Shown: in pieces, positions 1-8,572 of the stretch
Layout of the letters: each line of letters opens with the position of its first letter
Numbering within the stretch: position 1 is the stretch's first letter
Assembly: GCA_038227875.1 (NCBI GenBank)
Contig: JBBRPR010000052.1
Location: forward strand, 1-63,268
DNA length: 63,268 nt
Direction: 5' to 3'
DNA from: Planctomycetota bacterium
GTDB taxonomy: Bacteria; Planctomycetota; SZUA-567; H5-PLA8
Notes under the pieces: model-generated
The model's input: only the letters and a program-made list of their open reading frames with translations
Database searches by the model: none
Told to the model about the DNA's origin: nothing
Translations under genes and position numbers: made by a program

Positions 1-140
1 CGCCGCCCAGCACTGGAACCGACTGCAAGGCAGCGAATTGTTAGCGGACATCGTACAGGGCGTCCGCTTTGTGGACGGCATCAAGGAGAAAGTCGCGTGA
101 CTTTTCCTCCCGTCCAATCCACAAGATTTGACAATACCCC
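1..140 (+). mobile_element. Right end of an IS256-family insertion sequence
   Basis: Transposase-like C-terminus followed by an IR-like end CCACAAGATTTGACAATACCCC (119-140); composition switches from GC-rich to AT-rich shortly after 140. Confidence 0.75.
2..100 (+). CDS. IS256-family transposase, C-terminal fragment (5' part outside window)
   Basis: Manual translation AAQHWNRLQGSELLADIVQGVRFVDGIKEKVA* fits the W.RL.G..LL..V..G..F.DG end typical of IS256 transposases. Confidence 0.75.
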   Translation, partial: AAQHWNRLQGSELLADIVQGVRFVDGIKEKVA

Positions 141-351
141 GTAGCCGATGGTAATAAGTAAGGTCGTTAACCAACTTCCTGTTCTTCAAATGTCGCAGTA
201 CTTCAGTAGCAGTTTTTATTTCTAGTCCAAGAGAAAATGAAATAACCTCTAGAGTACAAGAATTATTGCATTCTATAAAAGCCAAAACAGCCTTTTCTTC
301 CATACTTAAATCTTTTCTTTGGAACACGTCACTGGAAAGAGTTGTTTTCAT
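141..351 (-). pseudogene. Winged-helix-like ORF interrupted by the IS
   Basis: Not in the ORF track. ATG at 351 gives MKTTLSSDVFQRKDLSMEEKAVLAFIECNNSCTLEVISFSLGLEIKTATEVLRHLKNRKLVNDLTYYHRL, which runs into the IS end with no stop. Confidence 0.55.
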
Positions 352-409
352 GATTAATTTCCTAAAAAGAGAGAAATGGTATATACGAATTGAGTAAAAT
401 TGAAAAGTC

Positions 410-640
410 TTATTGGTAGTCCCTCATTATGTACTCACTGAAGTATTTGTTTTCAGCCTGTTTATTTTTCCATCGCTTGGTAGTTTTCTTTATTGCTGGA
501 ACATGTTCGCCGATGCATTCCCTGATAAACTCGCTCCTACTCATGTTGTGACTCTTGGCTTCAGCGTCAAGAGCCTGTAGGAACTTATCGTCAACTTTCA
601 TCGTTAATAGTTTTTTCATTTTATCTCCCTTACACAGCAA
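410..640 (-). CDS. Ribbon-helix-helix (CopG-like) DNA-binding protein
   Basis: LLTMKVDDKFLQALDAEAKSHNMSRSEFIRECI is a classic RHH pattern; the real start is probably MKKLL at 619. Confidence 0.8.
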   Translation of the reverse strand: MLCKGDKMKKLLTMKVDDKFLQALDAEAKSHNMSRSEFIRECIGEHVPAIKKTTKRWKNKQAENKYFSEYIMRDYQ

Positions 641-676
641 ATGATTATAAGAAAATTATGAAACTGCTTATTTAGG

Positions 677-756
677 GTTAAAATCCTTTTGGGTGTAATA
701 TTGATAAGGTTCAGCCGTTAAAATCCTTTTTGGTGTAATATTGATAAGGTTCAGCC
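677..756. repeat. 40-bp tandem duplication (2 copies, 1 mismatch)
   Basis: GTTAAAATCCTTTT(G/T)GGTGTAATATTGATAAGGTTCAGCC at 677-716 and 717-756. Confidence 0.95.
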
Positions 757-1151
757 AATTTTTTATAAATATTCCAAAGCTCTTCCAGCAGAGCCTCAGC
801 AGCGGCCGGGTCAGCGAATGCAATGGGTTCTTCTGCATCACCATTGAACGTATGCTGGTAAGCATCTATTCCATAACCGAATCCTTCTATCCACTCCTCA
901 GAATCCTCATCAATTAGGTCCAAGTGATCGTAAAATGTGGTTGAATACGTGTTTTCGCTTATATGCCACGATTTGCCATAGATATAGGTAAACTCTACAT
1001 CAGGAAAGGTAGCTTTAATTAGTGTAACATCTTTTTCGTCGTTAAGGTTCATCTGCATTTCTCCTTGGTTTGAGTTAGTCGTTAAAATACGGGTCTTTCC
1101 CATTGTACATCTCAACTTCGTCTGCTGTAGGCGAATAACAGTTCTTACCAA
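711..1151 (-). CDS. Hypothetical acidic protein (real start probably near MQMNLN, ~1058)
   Basis: ORF track; an AAGGAG SD precedes the internal ATG. Confidence 0.6.
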   Translation of the reverse strand: MVRTVIRLQQTKLRCTMGKTRILTTNSNQGEMQMNLNDEKDVTLIKATFPDVEFTYIYGKSWHISENTYSTTFYDHLDLIDEDSEEWIEGFGYGIDAYQHTFNGDAEEPIAFADPAAAEALLEELWNIYKKLAEPYQYYTKKDFNG

Positions 1152-1410
1152 CCTCTAAATCCGTTTTAACTTTACGAACTGCTTTATCCTGTGTTAGGCC
1201 CCGCAGCATCCATCTACCACAGGAATTTGCTGATTTAATGTCACCCTCGAACTCTGTCAGCAGCTGATTGTAAACGTCTGCTCCAAGAGACATTTTAATA
1301 GCATCGCCTTGGAACCTGCTGTATTGATCTTTACCACCAACTTTAAGCATCGTGAAATCTTTAAACTTTAGCTGCGCATGCGTCTTAGAGTTAATAATAT
1401 TGATGCTCAT
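1075..1410 (-). CDS. Hypothetical protein
   Basis: ORF track; GGAG SD upstream; co-oriented with its neighbours. Confidence 0.6.
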   Translation of the reverse strand: MSINIINSKTHAQLKFKDFTMLKVGGKDQYSRFQGDAIKMSLGADVYNQLLTEFEGDIKSANSCGRWMLRGLTQDKAVRKVKTDLEVGKNCYSPTADEVEMYNGKDPYFND

Positions 1411-1488
1411 TGTCCTAGTGCTCCATCATAGTTTCAAAATAGAGCCTGATTAGTTCAGACTCTTGATAAAGTATAGTTTGTTTGCTTT

Positions 1489-2040
1489 TTAAATGCTGTA
1501 TTCCAGCACCATAGCAAGCTTAGCGTCTGCATAGCTCAAGTTGTTAGTCTTCGCAAAATCTCGTATTTCCTTAATCTTGACGTGACTCTGTTTTGCCCTT
1601 GCGGATTTAATTGGGTCAACAATCTTTTTAGGTGGAATTGGATGAGCTTCGAAAAATAGAGCGTGTTCTAATGCGTAATCATCACCCATATAGTAAGTGC
1701 TATCATAATCACAGCACTTAACGGATAATTGACCCTGTTCCAATATTTCAACATCACTATCAAAAAGCTTGCCCTTAATTGGTCCTCCTGCACAGGCAGC
1801 ATCATAAAAGGCTTGAACCTCATCGTCATCAGGTACAGTAATGTGAACCGTAGGAGCACCATCTTCTTCTAACTTTTGACCCGGTAAGAATACATATTCG
1901 TAATGCTTATAATTAGAAATTAGTCTTTTCCACCCTTCACGCTCTAGATAAGGGTAGGAACCCGTATTTAACCGGAAGACGTTTTCGCCGCATTTGTTCG
2001 ACCGACTCCAATATTCTAATTTCATTGTTAGGTGTATCAT
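1489..2040 (-). CDS. Hypothetical protein, paralog of 2104-2604
   Basis: Shares LPGQKL...APTVHITVPDDDE..AFY.AACAGGP and YALEHAL with the adjacent ORF. Confidence 0.75.
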   Translation of the reverse strand: MIHLTMKLEYWSRSNKCGENVFRLNTGSYPYLEREGWKRLISNYKHYEYVFLPGQKLEEDGAPTVHITVPDDDEVQAFYDAACAGGPIKGKLFDSDVEILEQGQLSVKCCDYDSTYYMGDDYALEHALFFEAHPIPPKKIVDPIKSARAKQSHVKIKEIRDFAKTNNLSYADAKLAMVLEYSI

Positions 2041-2103
2041 GTTCCTTACTCCCTTTTCTTTTCCTGCCCTTGGGAAACAGTCCTATAATGGTATCAGCCA
2101 CTA

Positions 2104-2604
2104 TCAGAGAATGTTTCCGTTTACATCCACGCTAATATTTAATATGCCTGAAGGAGGTTTAGGAGTGTTATCGATTTCCCTTTTCCAATAATTAGGTCCA
2201 GATGGATGTACCTCTTTATATAGAGCGTGTTCTAGTGCGTATTCATCGCCATTAAAATAATGTTTGCTGTAATCGGAGCAAAATACATGCATATTGCCTT
2301 CTTCATGAATGAGGGCACAACAATCACCTAGCTCACCTCTGTTTGGTCCTCCAGCACAGGCAGCATTATAAAAGGCTTTAGCTTCATCGTCATCAGGTAC
2401 AGTAATGTGAACCGTAGGAGCGTCGCCCTTAGCTAACTTTTGACCCGGTAGATAAATATTACAATAGTCATTTCCGGGATTAGTAGCAGCAACCCAACCT
2501 TTCCTGTTAGCGAATGGAACTGAAACGCTAGAAATCTTGAAACAATTCTCATTGTTAATGTTCGACCGTCCATAGTGGCTCAATTTCATTGTTATCTTTT
2601 TCAC
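2104..2604 (-). CDS. Hypothetical protein, paralog of 1489-2040
   Basis: Same conserved blocks; GGGAG SD upstream. Confidence 0.75.
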   Translation of the reverse strand: MKKITMKLSHYGRSNINNENCFKISSVSVPFANRKGWVAATNPGNDYCNIYLPGQKLAKGDAPTVHITVPDDDEAKAFYNAACAGGPNRGELGDCCALIHEEGNMHVFCSDYSKHYFNGDEYALEHALYKEVHPSGPNYWKREIDNTPKPPSGILNISVDVNGNIL

Positions 2605-3058
2605 TTTGTTTCTCCCTTTTTGTTGCCCTAGGTTTTTGTCTCAAGAGGTAAAATCCCCCAGCAGACTAGACCTATTGATTCTTATTAATTTGGCGGTTAA
2701 CTTTACTCGTAATTCTTAAAAATCTTGTAAACCGTATGCGGTATTGTCTTTAGTTGTGTTTTGGCTTAATAGGGTCTGTTCGCATATCCGTTTAGCCGCT
2801 AACTTTTCACACAATTCTTAAACAATTTTTAACTCCTTTCTCTTACAGCCTTTAGCTTATTCGGTGGCTTAATCACTCTTCCCATAAGTATTATCGTGAA
2901 AAACCTAAAAAATTCTAGAGCAATCCAAATCAATTAAAAGTTTTTTGGCTGTTTATTTAACTTCCTTCATTGCAACAACTTATATTTCGTGAACAATTTT
3001 ACTTTCATTATTTAAATGCCTATACTGCTATTTCACCCATTTAATTAGGAGAACAGAC

Positions 3059-3406
3059 ATGGCAAAGAAAAAAGCAGCAACAGCAGTAGCGCCAGATGCA
3101 GCAACGGAAACTCAGTCAGTACATAAGTTTAAGAGAGGCAGGATATCAGAGGTAGAGTTAACGCAGATGAAATCGGAATTAGCTGCCGGAAAAAATTACG
3201 AGCAACTGGAGACCGAATTTAACCGCCCGAAAACCACGATACAAGCTGCCTTGTCAGGTACGCCAAAGCAGAAGAAGGCAGCAGCACCAGCAGTATCAGG
3301 AACAGGAACAGGAACAGGAACAGGAACAGGTCTAGAGGCAGGTCTACGGCAGATGGTTCGTGAGGAAGTCAGGAACCAGCTAAAGCTGATTTTTAGCAAT
3401 CTTTAG
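3059..3406 (+). CDS. Small basic Lys/Ala-rich protein, possibly DNA-binding
   Basis: AGGAG SD; HTH-like middle segment; Gly-Thr linker encoded by (CAGGAA)5 at ~3297-3330. Confidence 0.7.
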   Translation: MAKKKAATAVAPDAATETQSVHKFKRGRISEVELTQMKSELAAGKNYEQLETEFNRPKTTIQAALSGTPKQKKAAAPAVSGTGTGTGTGTGLEAGLRQMVREEVRNQLKLIFSNL

Positions 3407-3816
3407 AGTAAGATTGCGTATTGCCCCATATCTTCTTAGCAGGGGAGAAACAGCTTTGTACTTTCGGCTAGTGGCGAATGCTACAGAGGGGTGTTTGTTG
3501 ATGTTTGGCTAAGCGTTCCTTGGCTATGAGACGACTAAAAAATTCAATTTCTCCTTCTGGTCTACATATCATGGATGCGTCAGCGAGAAATTTTCAAAAA
3601 TTCAGTTTTTGGATTGGCAGGGATTCGAACCCTAGAGAGCGTTGGGGGCTTGAAAAAATGAGACGGTAGCGGTATCGTCATCCGGGTTGGGGGCTTCGAC
3701 ATTTGGAAAATCGACCAGCCTATCAGATTACCCTATCAGATTAGGGTTGTGGGCGGTCGAGAAGTAAAGAGTTGGTGTTTTTATAAGTCAAACAACTGAA
3801 TAGATTTAAGCGAGAC

Positions 3817-3906
3817 GGAGAGGTGCCAGAGTGGTCGATTGGGCTTGTCTCGAAAACAAGTAGGCCAGCAATGGTCTCCAGGGTTCGAATCCCTGCCTCT
3901 CCGCCA
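3817..3906 (+). tRNA. tRNA-Ser(CGA)
   Basis: Acceptor GGAGAGG/CCTCTCC, anticodon arm CTTGT-CTCGAAA-ACAAG, long variable arm, T-loop TTCGAAT, encoded CCA. Confidence 0.97.
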
Positions 3907-3985
3907 GTTTCGTTCTATGAATGTCCAAGCACCGCTTGTGATCTTTAGATTACTTCTGCCGACGCTCGACTAAGCATTGCATTCA

Positions 3986-4540
3986 TCACCGCCCCATCCG
4001 CCGAATCGTGCTTCTTGCGACGATCGTCATGAAATGAAATGCCGCGCCGACGATACAACCGAGGAGCACCTCGCTGCCGCGATAGAATGCGACCATGTAA
4101 ATCGTTTCGTTCGCCGTTCCTGTCAGCAAGACAATGAGCGAGGTCCACATGCATACTCGCAGCGACGGAAATCTGAACGCGATCGCCGCGCAGATCGCCA
4201 CGGCCAGGGCGATTGCCGGCACCGGGCTGGCAGTGATGGGGGTAACGGCCAGATGTACCACCACCGCCGCTACTACTCCGCAGATCGTGCCGAGGATGCG
4301 CCCGCCGACTGAGGCGCGCGTTTCAAACATGCTGCCCTGAGACACAATGACCGATGTGACCGTAGCCCAGACCGGACGTGGCAAGCTCAGCGATGACGCC
4401 ACGAGATACGAGAATGTCGCTGCTCCCGAACAACGCACGACGAAGCCAACTTGGCGGAGGACTATTTTCCGAGTCAAGGTGGGTTGCTTATTGGAATGAG
4501 TGATTCGAAACCAACGGCGAAGGCTCGGCATATACGTCAT
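3986..4540 (-). CDS. FUSC/aromatic acid exporter-like membrane protein
   Basis: PVWATVTSVIVSQ...RILGTICG...RGSEVLLG pattern with several TM helices. Confidence 0.75.
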   Translation of the reverse strand: MTYMPSLRRWFRITHSNKQPTLTRKIVLRQVGFVVRCSGAATFSYLVASSLSLPRPVWATVTSVIVSQGSMFETRASVGGRILGTICGVVAAVVVHLAVTPITASPVPAIALAVAICAAIAFRFPSLRVCMWTSLIVLLTGTANETIYMVAFYRGSEVLLGCIVGAAFHFMTIVARSTIRRMGR

Positions 4541-4621
4541 CTTTCCAATGAAGTAATTGACATTATCCTGCCTGGACTCGCATAAGATTCGAACCTTTCT
4601 TCAGCCATTCTTCTTTCATTC

Positions 4622-6466
4622 CTATTTCGCTTCGCCAACAAATTGCGACAGCAGCAGGATGTACTTCGCCTGATAATAAATCGCCGGCTCGGTGAACGAC
4701 CAGCTGTTTTCATTCTCCTTGTGTTCCGCGTTCCAACCGATGTTCCAATCCTTGAACGCTTTCTCCGGCGGTTGTTGGGCGGGCGGGACGAGCCATTGCG
4801 GCGCGTCGTGGGAATTCGGACCACCGACAAGATATCCGGGCGCGGGGCCGAGCGAATCGGGACCGTCCCAGGGACTCTTTTGGATGAACCAGGTGTGGAA
4901 CGGCGACATGCAGCTCTTGCCCACACCCAGTTTGGCGCCTTTGGCGCCCATGTTGGTCAGGTACATCAGGCAGAGCGGATTGCGGCCGTGAAAGTAGTGC
5001 AGGTATTCTTCAGCAGCGGCGTAGTAGGCGCCATCGCTCGATTTGTCGACGCCAAGTTTCGCGGCGAAGATCGCGCGGTAACCGAGCTCAGCTTTGCTCT
5101 GGTTGCAGCCCCACCAGTACCCGGATAGCCACGCGCGATACGCGTCGGTTTGGGACTTCATCTGACTGACGCGTTCGTCGGCGGATTTCTTGACGGCGGC
5201 GCGGATTTCTCCCGCGAAGGCCGGATCGGCTTTCGGCGAGAGCGCGTACTCAACCAGGCTCGGCGCGAGCTTCTCCTTGTGAAATTTCTTGAAGACGTCG
5301 GCGTACTTCGGTTGCGGATCGAGCAGCCACAATTGCAGCGCGGCCATCAGGCGGCGTTCGAAGTCGCCGTCTTTGCCGTTGTCGCACTGCGCGTCGGCGG
5401 CCTCGCTGGGGCGGCCATGGTCTTTGCCGTCGCCGGGGAGCATCTCCGGATGTTGTTCGAGCCACGCCCACGCTTTTTCGGCGGCCGTGCGGCATTTGCG
5501 CGCGTACTCAGCCTGGCTGGGAAACTTTGCGATCACGCGCGAAAAGCAGGCGAGATCGGCGGCCAGTGTCGCCGTCGCCCAGGTGGTCGGCTGGGTGTAG
5601 TAGCGCGGGTGCTTGTTATCCTGGTCGGGAGAAACGCCGGCCTTGCTGGTGGTTTCCGTGACGCGATTACAGGCGGAGCCGTCCGGTAATTGCATGCGCA
5701 GCAGCCAGTCGCATTCCCATTTCACCTCGTCGAGAAGATCCGGAATGCCGTTGCCCGATTCGGGAATGTTCCAGTCATCGGTGAAGACAGTAGGATTGAA
5801 TTCGTAGGCCATCAGCAGCGGAATAATGACGTCCATGGTGAAGGGCACGTACTTGTTGTAATCGCCGGCGTCGTGCCATCCGCCATGAACATCGCGCGGC
5901 TGTCCCTTGGCCTGTCCGTCGACATACAATTGTGCGGCCTTGTCCTGCCCCTCCGCGCAGTGGCACGCGGGATGGTTCCAGGTGCCGGCGTTCTTTTCGG
6001 GAACATCTCCGCCGCAGCGTTGATAAAAATACATGCGCACGGCGGCTTTCAGCACGGGCAGATAGACATCCTTGTCGATGCGGAAGCTGTACGAGCGCAC
6101 GCGATTTTCCGCGTCGTAAAGATAATACGTTCCTGCATCGTGGAGTGCCGAGATGTCGGCATACCAGACTTTGTCGCCGGAGACGTCTTCGGTTTTGCCT
6201 TCATTCCACGCTTTCAAATCCACGATCAGCACATCGGCATTGTTGTCGGCGCGGCGGACGGTCGTCTTCGCAGGCGGGGAGTACTTGGTGCCGGCATTCT
6301 GGCCGGCTTGAGGACTGGCGAAAATCGCGACTTTGAGACTCGCAGGCCGGAAGCCGATTTGATCGACCATGATCTGTTCGCTGATTGGGATGGCGTCCTG
6401 CGCGTGAATCGCAGGAAGGCGCAGGGCGGCTACAAGCAGCGCGGCGGCGAATCCGATGGATTTCAT
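4622..6466 (-). CDS. Secreted glycoside hydrolase family 9 with N-terminal Ig-like domain
   Basis: Signal peptide; VDQIGF; YFYQRCG; DVHGGWHDAGDYNKY; HGRNP; terminal EPAIYYQA. Confidence 0.9.
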   Translation of the reverse strand: MKSIGFAAALLVAALRLPAIHAQDAIPISEQIMVDQIGFRPASLKVAIFASPQAGQNAGTKYSPPAKTTVRRADNNADVLIVDLKAWNEGKTEDVSGDKVWYADISALHDAGTYYLYDAENRVRSYSFRIDKDVYLPVLKAAVRMYFYQRCGGDVPEKNAGTWNHPACHCAEGQDKAAQLYVDGQAKGQPRDVHGGWHDAGDYNKYVPFTMDVIIPLLMAYEFNPTVFTDDWNIPESGNGIPDLLDEVKWECDWLLRMQLPDGSACNRVTETTSKAGVSPDQDNKHPRYYTQPTTWATATLAADLACFSRVIAKFPSQAEYARKCRTAAEKAWAWLEQHPEMLPGDGKDHGRPSEAADAQCDNGKDGDFERRLMAALQLWLLDPQPKYADVFKKFHKEKLAPSLVEYALSPKADPAFAGEIRAAVKKSADERVSQMKSQTDAYRAWLSGYWWGCNQSKAELGYRAIFAAKLGVDKSSDGAYYAAAEEYLHYFHGRNPLCLMYLTNMGAKGAKLGVGKSCMSPFHTWFIQKSPWDGPDSLGPAPGYLVGGPNSHDAPQWLVPPAQQPPEKAFKDWNIGWNAEHKENENSWSFTEPAIYYQAKYILLLSQFVGEAK

Positions 6467-6504
6467 GGCAATCTCCGCACACTATTGAATTAAGTTGAGC
6501 TGCG

Positions 6505-7293
6505 TTACTTAAAGCTGCGCATCATCGCTATTCCGGACACTGCGACTTCCTTCGGGTCGCCTTTCCCGGAGCAGTGCTCGATTGAAATGTAACCGGCGAA
6601 GCCATCGCGTTTGAGCGCGGTGAGTAGCTGCTGCTGCTCGCCATGCTCTTTGGCGTCTGTGGGCAGCACGTGCGCGTGCATGTGCACGATCCAGGGCTTC
6701 AGTGCTTCGTATACGGCCACGCCGCTGGGCAGTTTTGAATTTTCGGCCAACGTATCGAGTTGGAAATTCACACGCAGACGACCGTCTGCCTCGTCGATTA
6801 AACGCTTCATGCCGGCCACGCTGTCGGCCAGCGTCATGGAGTGCGTTTCGATCGCCAGCGTGCGGCCGTGATTGGCGGCGATCGTCGCCATTTCGCGAAA
6901 TCCTTTCAGGTTGTACTGCCAGTACTCTTCACTCGCCGTCAGGCTGCTGCATTCGCAGGTCCATCCGGCGAAGGCGCGCAGCAACGGCGCACCCAGTTTC
7001 TCCGCCACGGGCGCCGAGGCGCGGGTACGCGCGATCATTTCGTCGTGGTTGGTCATCGGGAGATTGAAGTTGCCGAGATAGGGCGAGAGCATCGGCACCG
7101 CGAGCTTCGCCTCATCAAGCGCGGATTTGATCTCGCGCAGTTCCGCGTCGCTTTTGGATTCCACGTGCGGCCACCAGAGTTCCAGGCCGTCGTAACCCGC
7201 GGCCTTCAGGTCGCCGATCATGCCCGGAATTCCGGCTCCGGCAAGATTGCGGTACGCGATGGAGCAGAAAGACGTTTTCAACGCGGCCTCCAC
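6505..7293 (-). CDS. Sugar phosphate isomerase/epimerase (xylose isomerase-like TIM barrel)
   Basis: GYDGLELW, LAIETH, HMH and GYISIEH motifs. Confidence 0.85.
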   Translation of the reverse strand: MEAALKTSFCSIAYRNLAGAGIPGMIGDLKAAGYDGLELWWPHVESKSDAELREIKSALDEAKLAVPMLSPYLGNFNLPMTNHDEMIARTRASAPVAEKLGAPLLRAFAGWTCECSSLTASEEYWQYNLKGFREMATIAANHGRTLAIETHSMTLADSVAGMKRLIDEADGRLRVNFQLDTLAENSKLPSGVAVYEALKPWIVHMHAHVLPTDAKEHGEQQQLLTALKRDGFAGYISIEHCSGKGDPKEVAVSGIAMMRSFK

Positions 7294-7299
7294 ATGAAT

Positions 7300-8339
7300 T
7301 CAGGATCCGAATTTAAACAGCGGCGCGATGTCGTCGCAGGTGCCGTTCAACATGCGCTCATAGACGGCGGGCGCCTCTTCGATCGGGTAACGCGATCAAT
7401 GAGCGGCGCGACGTCGATGCGTTTTCGGCGCAGCAACTCGAGGTAGACTTCCATGTTCCGCCCCTCGGTGAAGCGGACATATTCGATCGGATAATCCTTG
7501 CCTTCCTGCTCGTACTCCGGAATGCCGCGACCGGGGCCTCCTGCGCGCGAAGTGAGGACGTTCTGCTCGACGCCCGACGTATTGGCGGAACTCAGGCCGA
7601 TGTCCCCGCCGCCCAGCACAATGGAGCCTCGGTTCCGCACGTTCCGGCTGATCTCTGTACCGAGTTCCTGCGCGCCGGTGACGAAGACCACGGCGCAGTC
7701 GAGCTTGCTGGCGCCGAATTCCGCGCGGACGGCGTCGGTGATCGACATCTCCAGCGTGGAGAAAATGCGCGCGCCCGGGACCAGCTTGCGTGCGATCTCG
7801 ATGCGCCGTCGCGCGTCGCGGTCGCAGGCAATCAGGAAGCCGCCGGAATTTTGAACGTACTGGCTGGCCAGAATTCCGAGCACGCCCAATCCGACGATCA
7901 GCACGCGCGAACCGAGCTCGACCTCAGCGCGGCGGACGGCGTGCATGGCGATGACGCCCAACCCGACCGACGAGGCCAGTTCAAGGCTGACGCCTTCGGG
8001 AACTTTGTGGCAGAGCAATTTGGGTACAACGCAGTACTCGCCTTCGAACGTGTAGGGGGAGCCATAAATCGCAACACGATCGCCGACCGCCACGTTCGTG
8101 ACGCCACGCCCGATTTCGCGCACGATTCCGGCGCCGGTGTAACCGAGCGTGTAGCTGAGTCCGGACGGATCGGCCTTCGCGCGCAGATTCCTGAGAATCG
8201 TGCAGTGCGTGCCGGGCGACATCGTGGAGAACTTGTTTTCCACGAGCACAAACTGGTCGCGGCATTCCAGCATCGGGCGTTCTTTGACGATGACTTGGCC
8301 ATCGCAGGTATGCATGACACTTCGAAACGTCGCAGCCAT
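7300..8339 (-). CDS. MDR-family dehydrogenase with an apparent 1-nt deletion near 7389
   Basis: SPGT, GYTGAG, VGDRV, GLGVLG motifs; the alternative frame gives the expected tail YPIEEAPAVYERMLNG...FKFGS* ending at 7300. Confidence 0.8.
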
Positions 8340-8390
8340 CGAGGTTCCTTTATCGAATGAAATGTCGAGGAACTGTTCACGATAGTTTGC

Positions 8391-8507
8391 GTCGAAAAAT
8401 TTACTACATCGAAAATGGCCGAAGCAGGCAACCCTGTCGTAAATTTACGACAGGGTCTGTCGGTTGTATTGTCTTGTTGGATTCTCCCTATGGCAAATTT
8501 GCCATAG
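8391..8507. promoter_or_regulatory. Cluster of palindromic operator-like sites
   Basis: Perfect palindromes ACCCTGTCGTAAATTTACGACAGGGT (8431-8456) and CTATGGCAAATTTGCCATAG (8488-8507), plus a degenerate site at 8391-8407, upstream of the sugar operon. Confidence 0.65.
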
Positions 8508-8572
8508 AGTCCCAAAAAAACTCGCCGCTTTCAGCGGCGAGTGCATTCTCAGCCAGACCTCAGTCCTTCTGT

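Larger units (their letters stand above)
141..3810. mobile_element. AT-rich genomic island of small orphan genes next to tRNA-Ser
   Basis: Visibly much lower GC than the rest of the window, short orphan ORFs, an RHH regulator, an IS insertion, and a boundary at a tRNA gene. Confidence 0.7.

Noticed and set aside
128..157. IS-derived hybrid promoter (TTGACA in the IR)
   Set aside because: The -10 match is poor and no plus-strand gene follows.
668..865. 65-aa ORF
   Set aside because: A by-product of the 40-bp duplication overlapping the real gene.
2691..2746. GCGGTTAA resembling the element motif
   Set aside because: Only 8 bp match and the second half is absent, so it is likely chance.
3610..3700. 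Second complete tRNA on the minus strand
   Set aside because: Only the T-arm region matches; there is no complementary acceptor 5' strand or anticodon arm.
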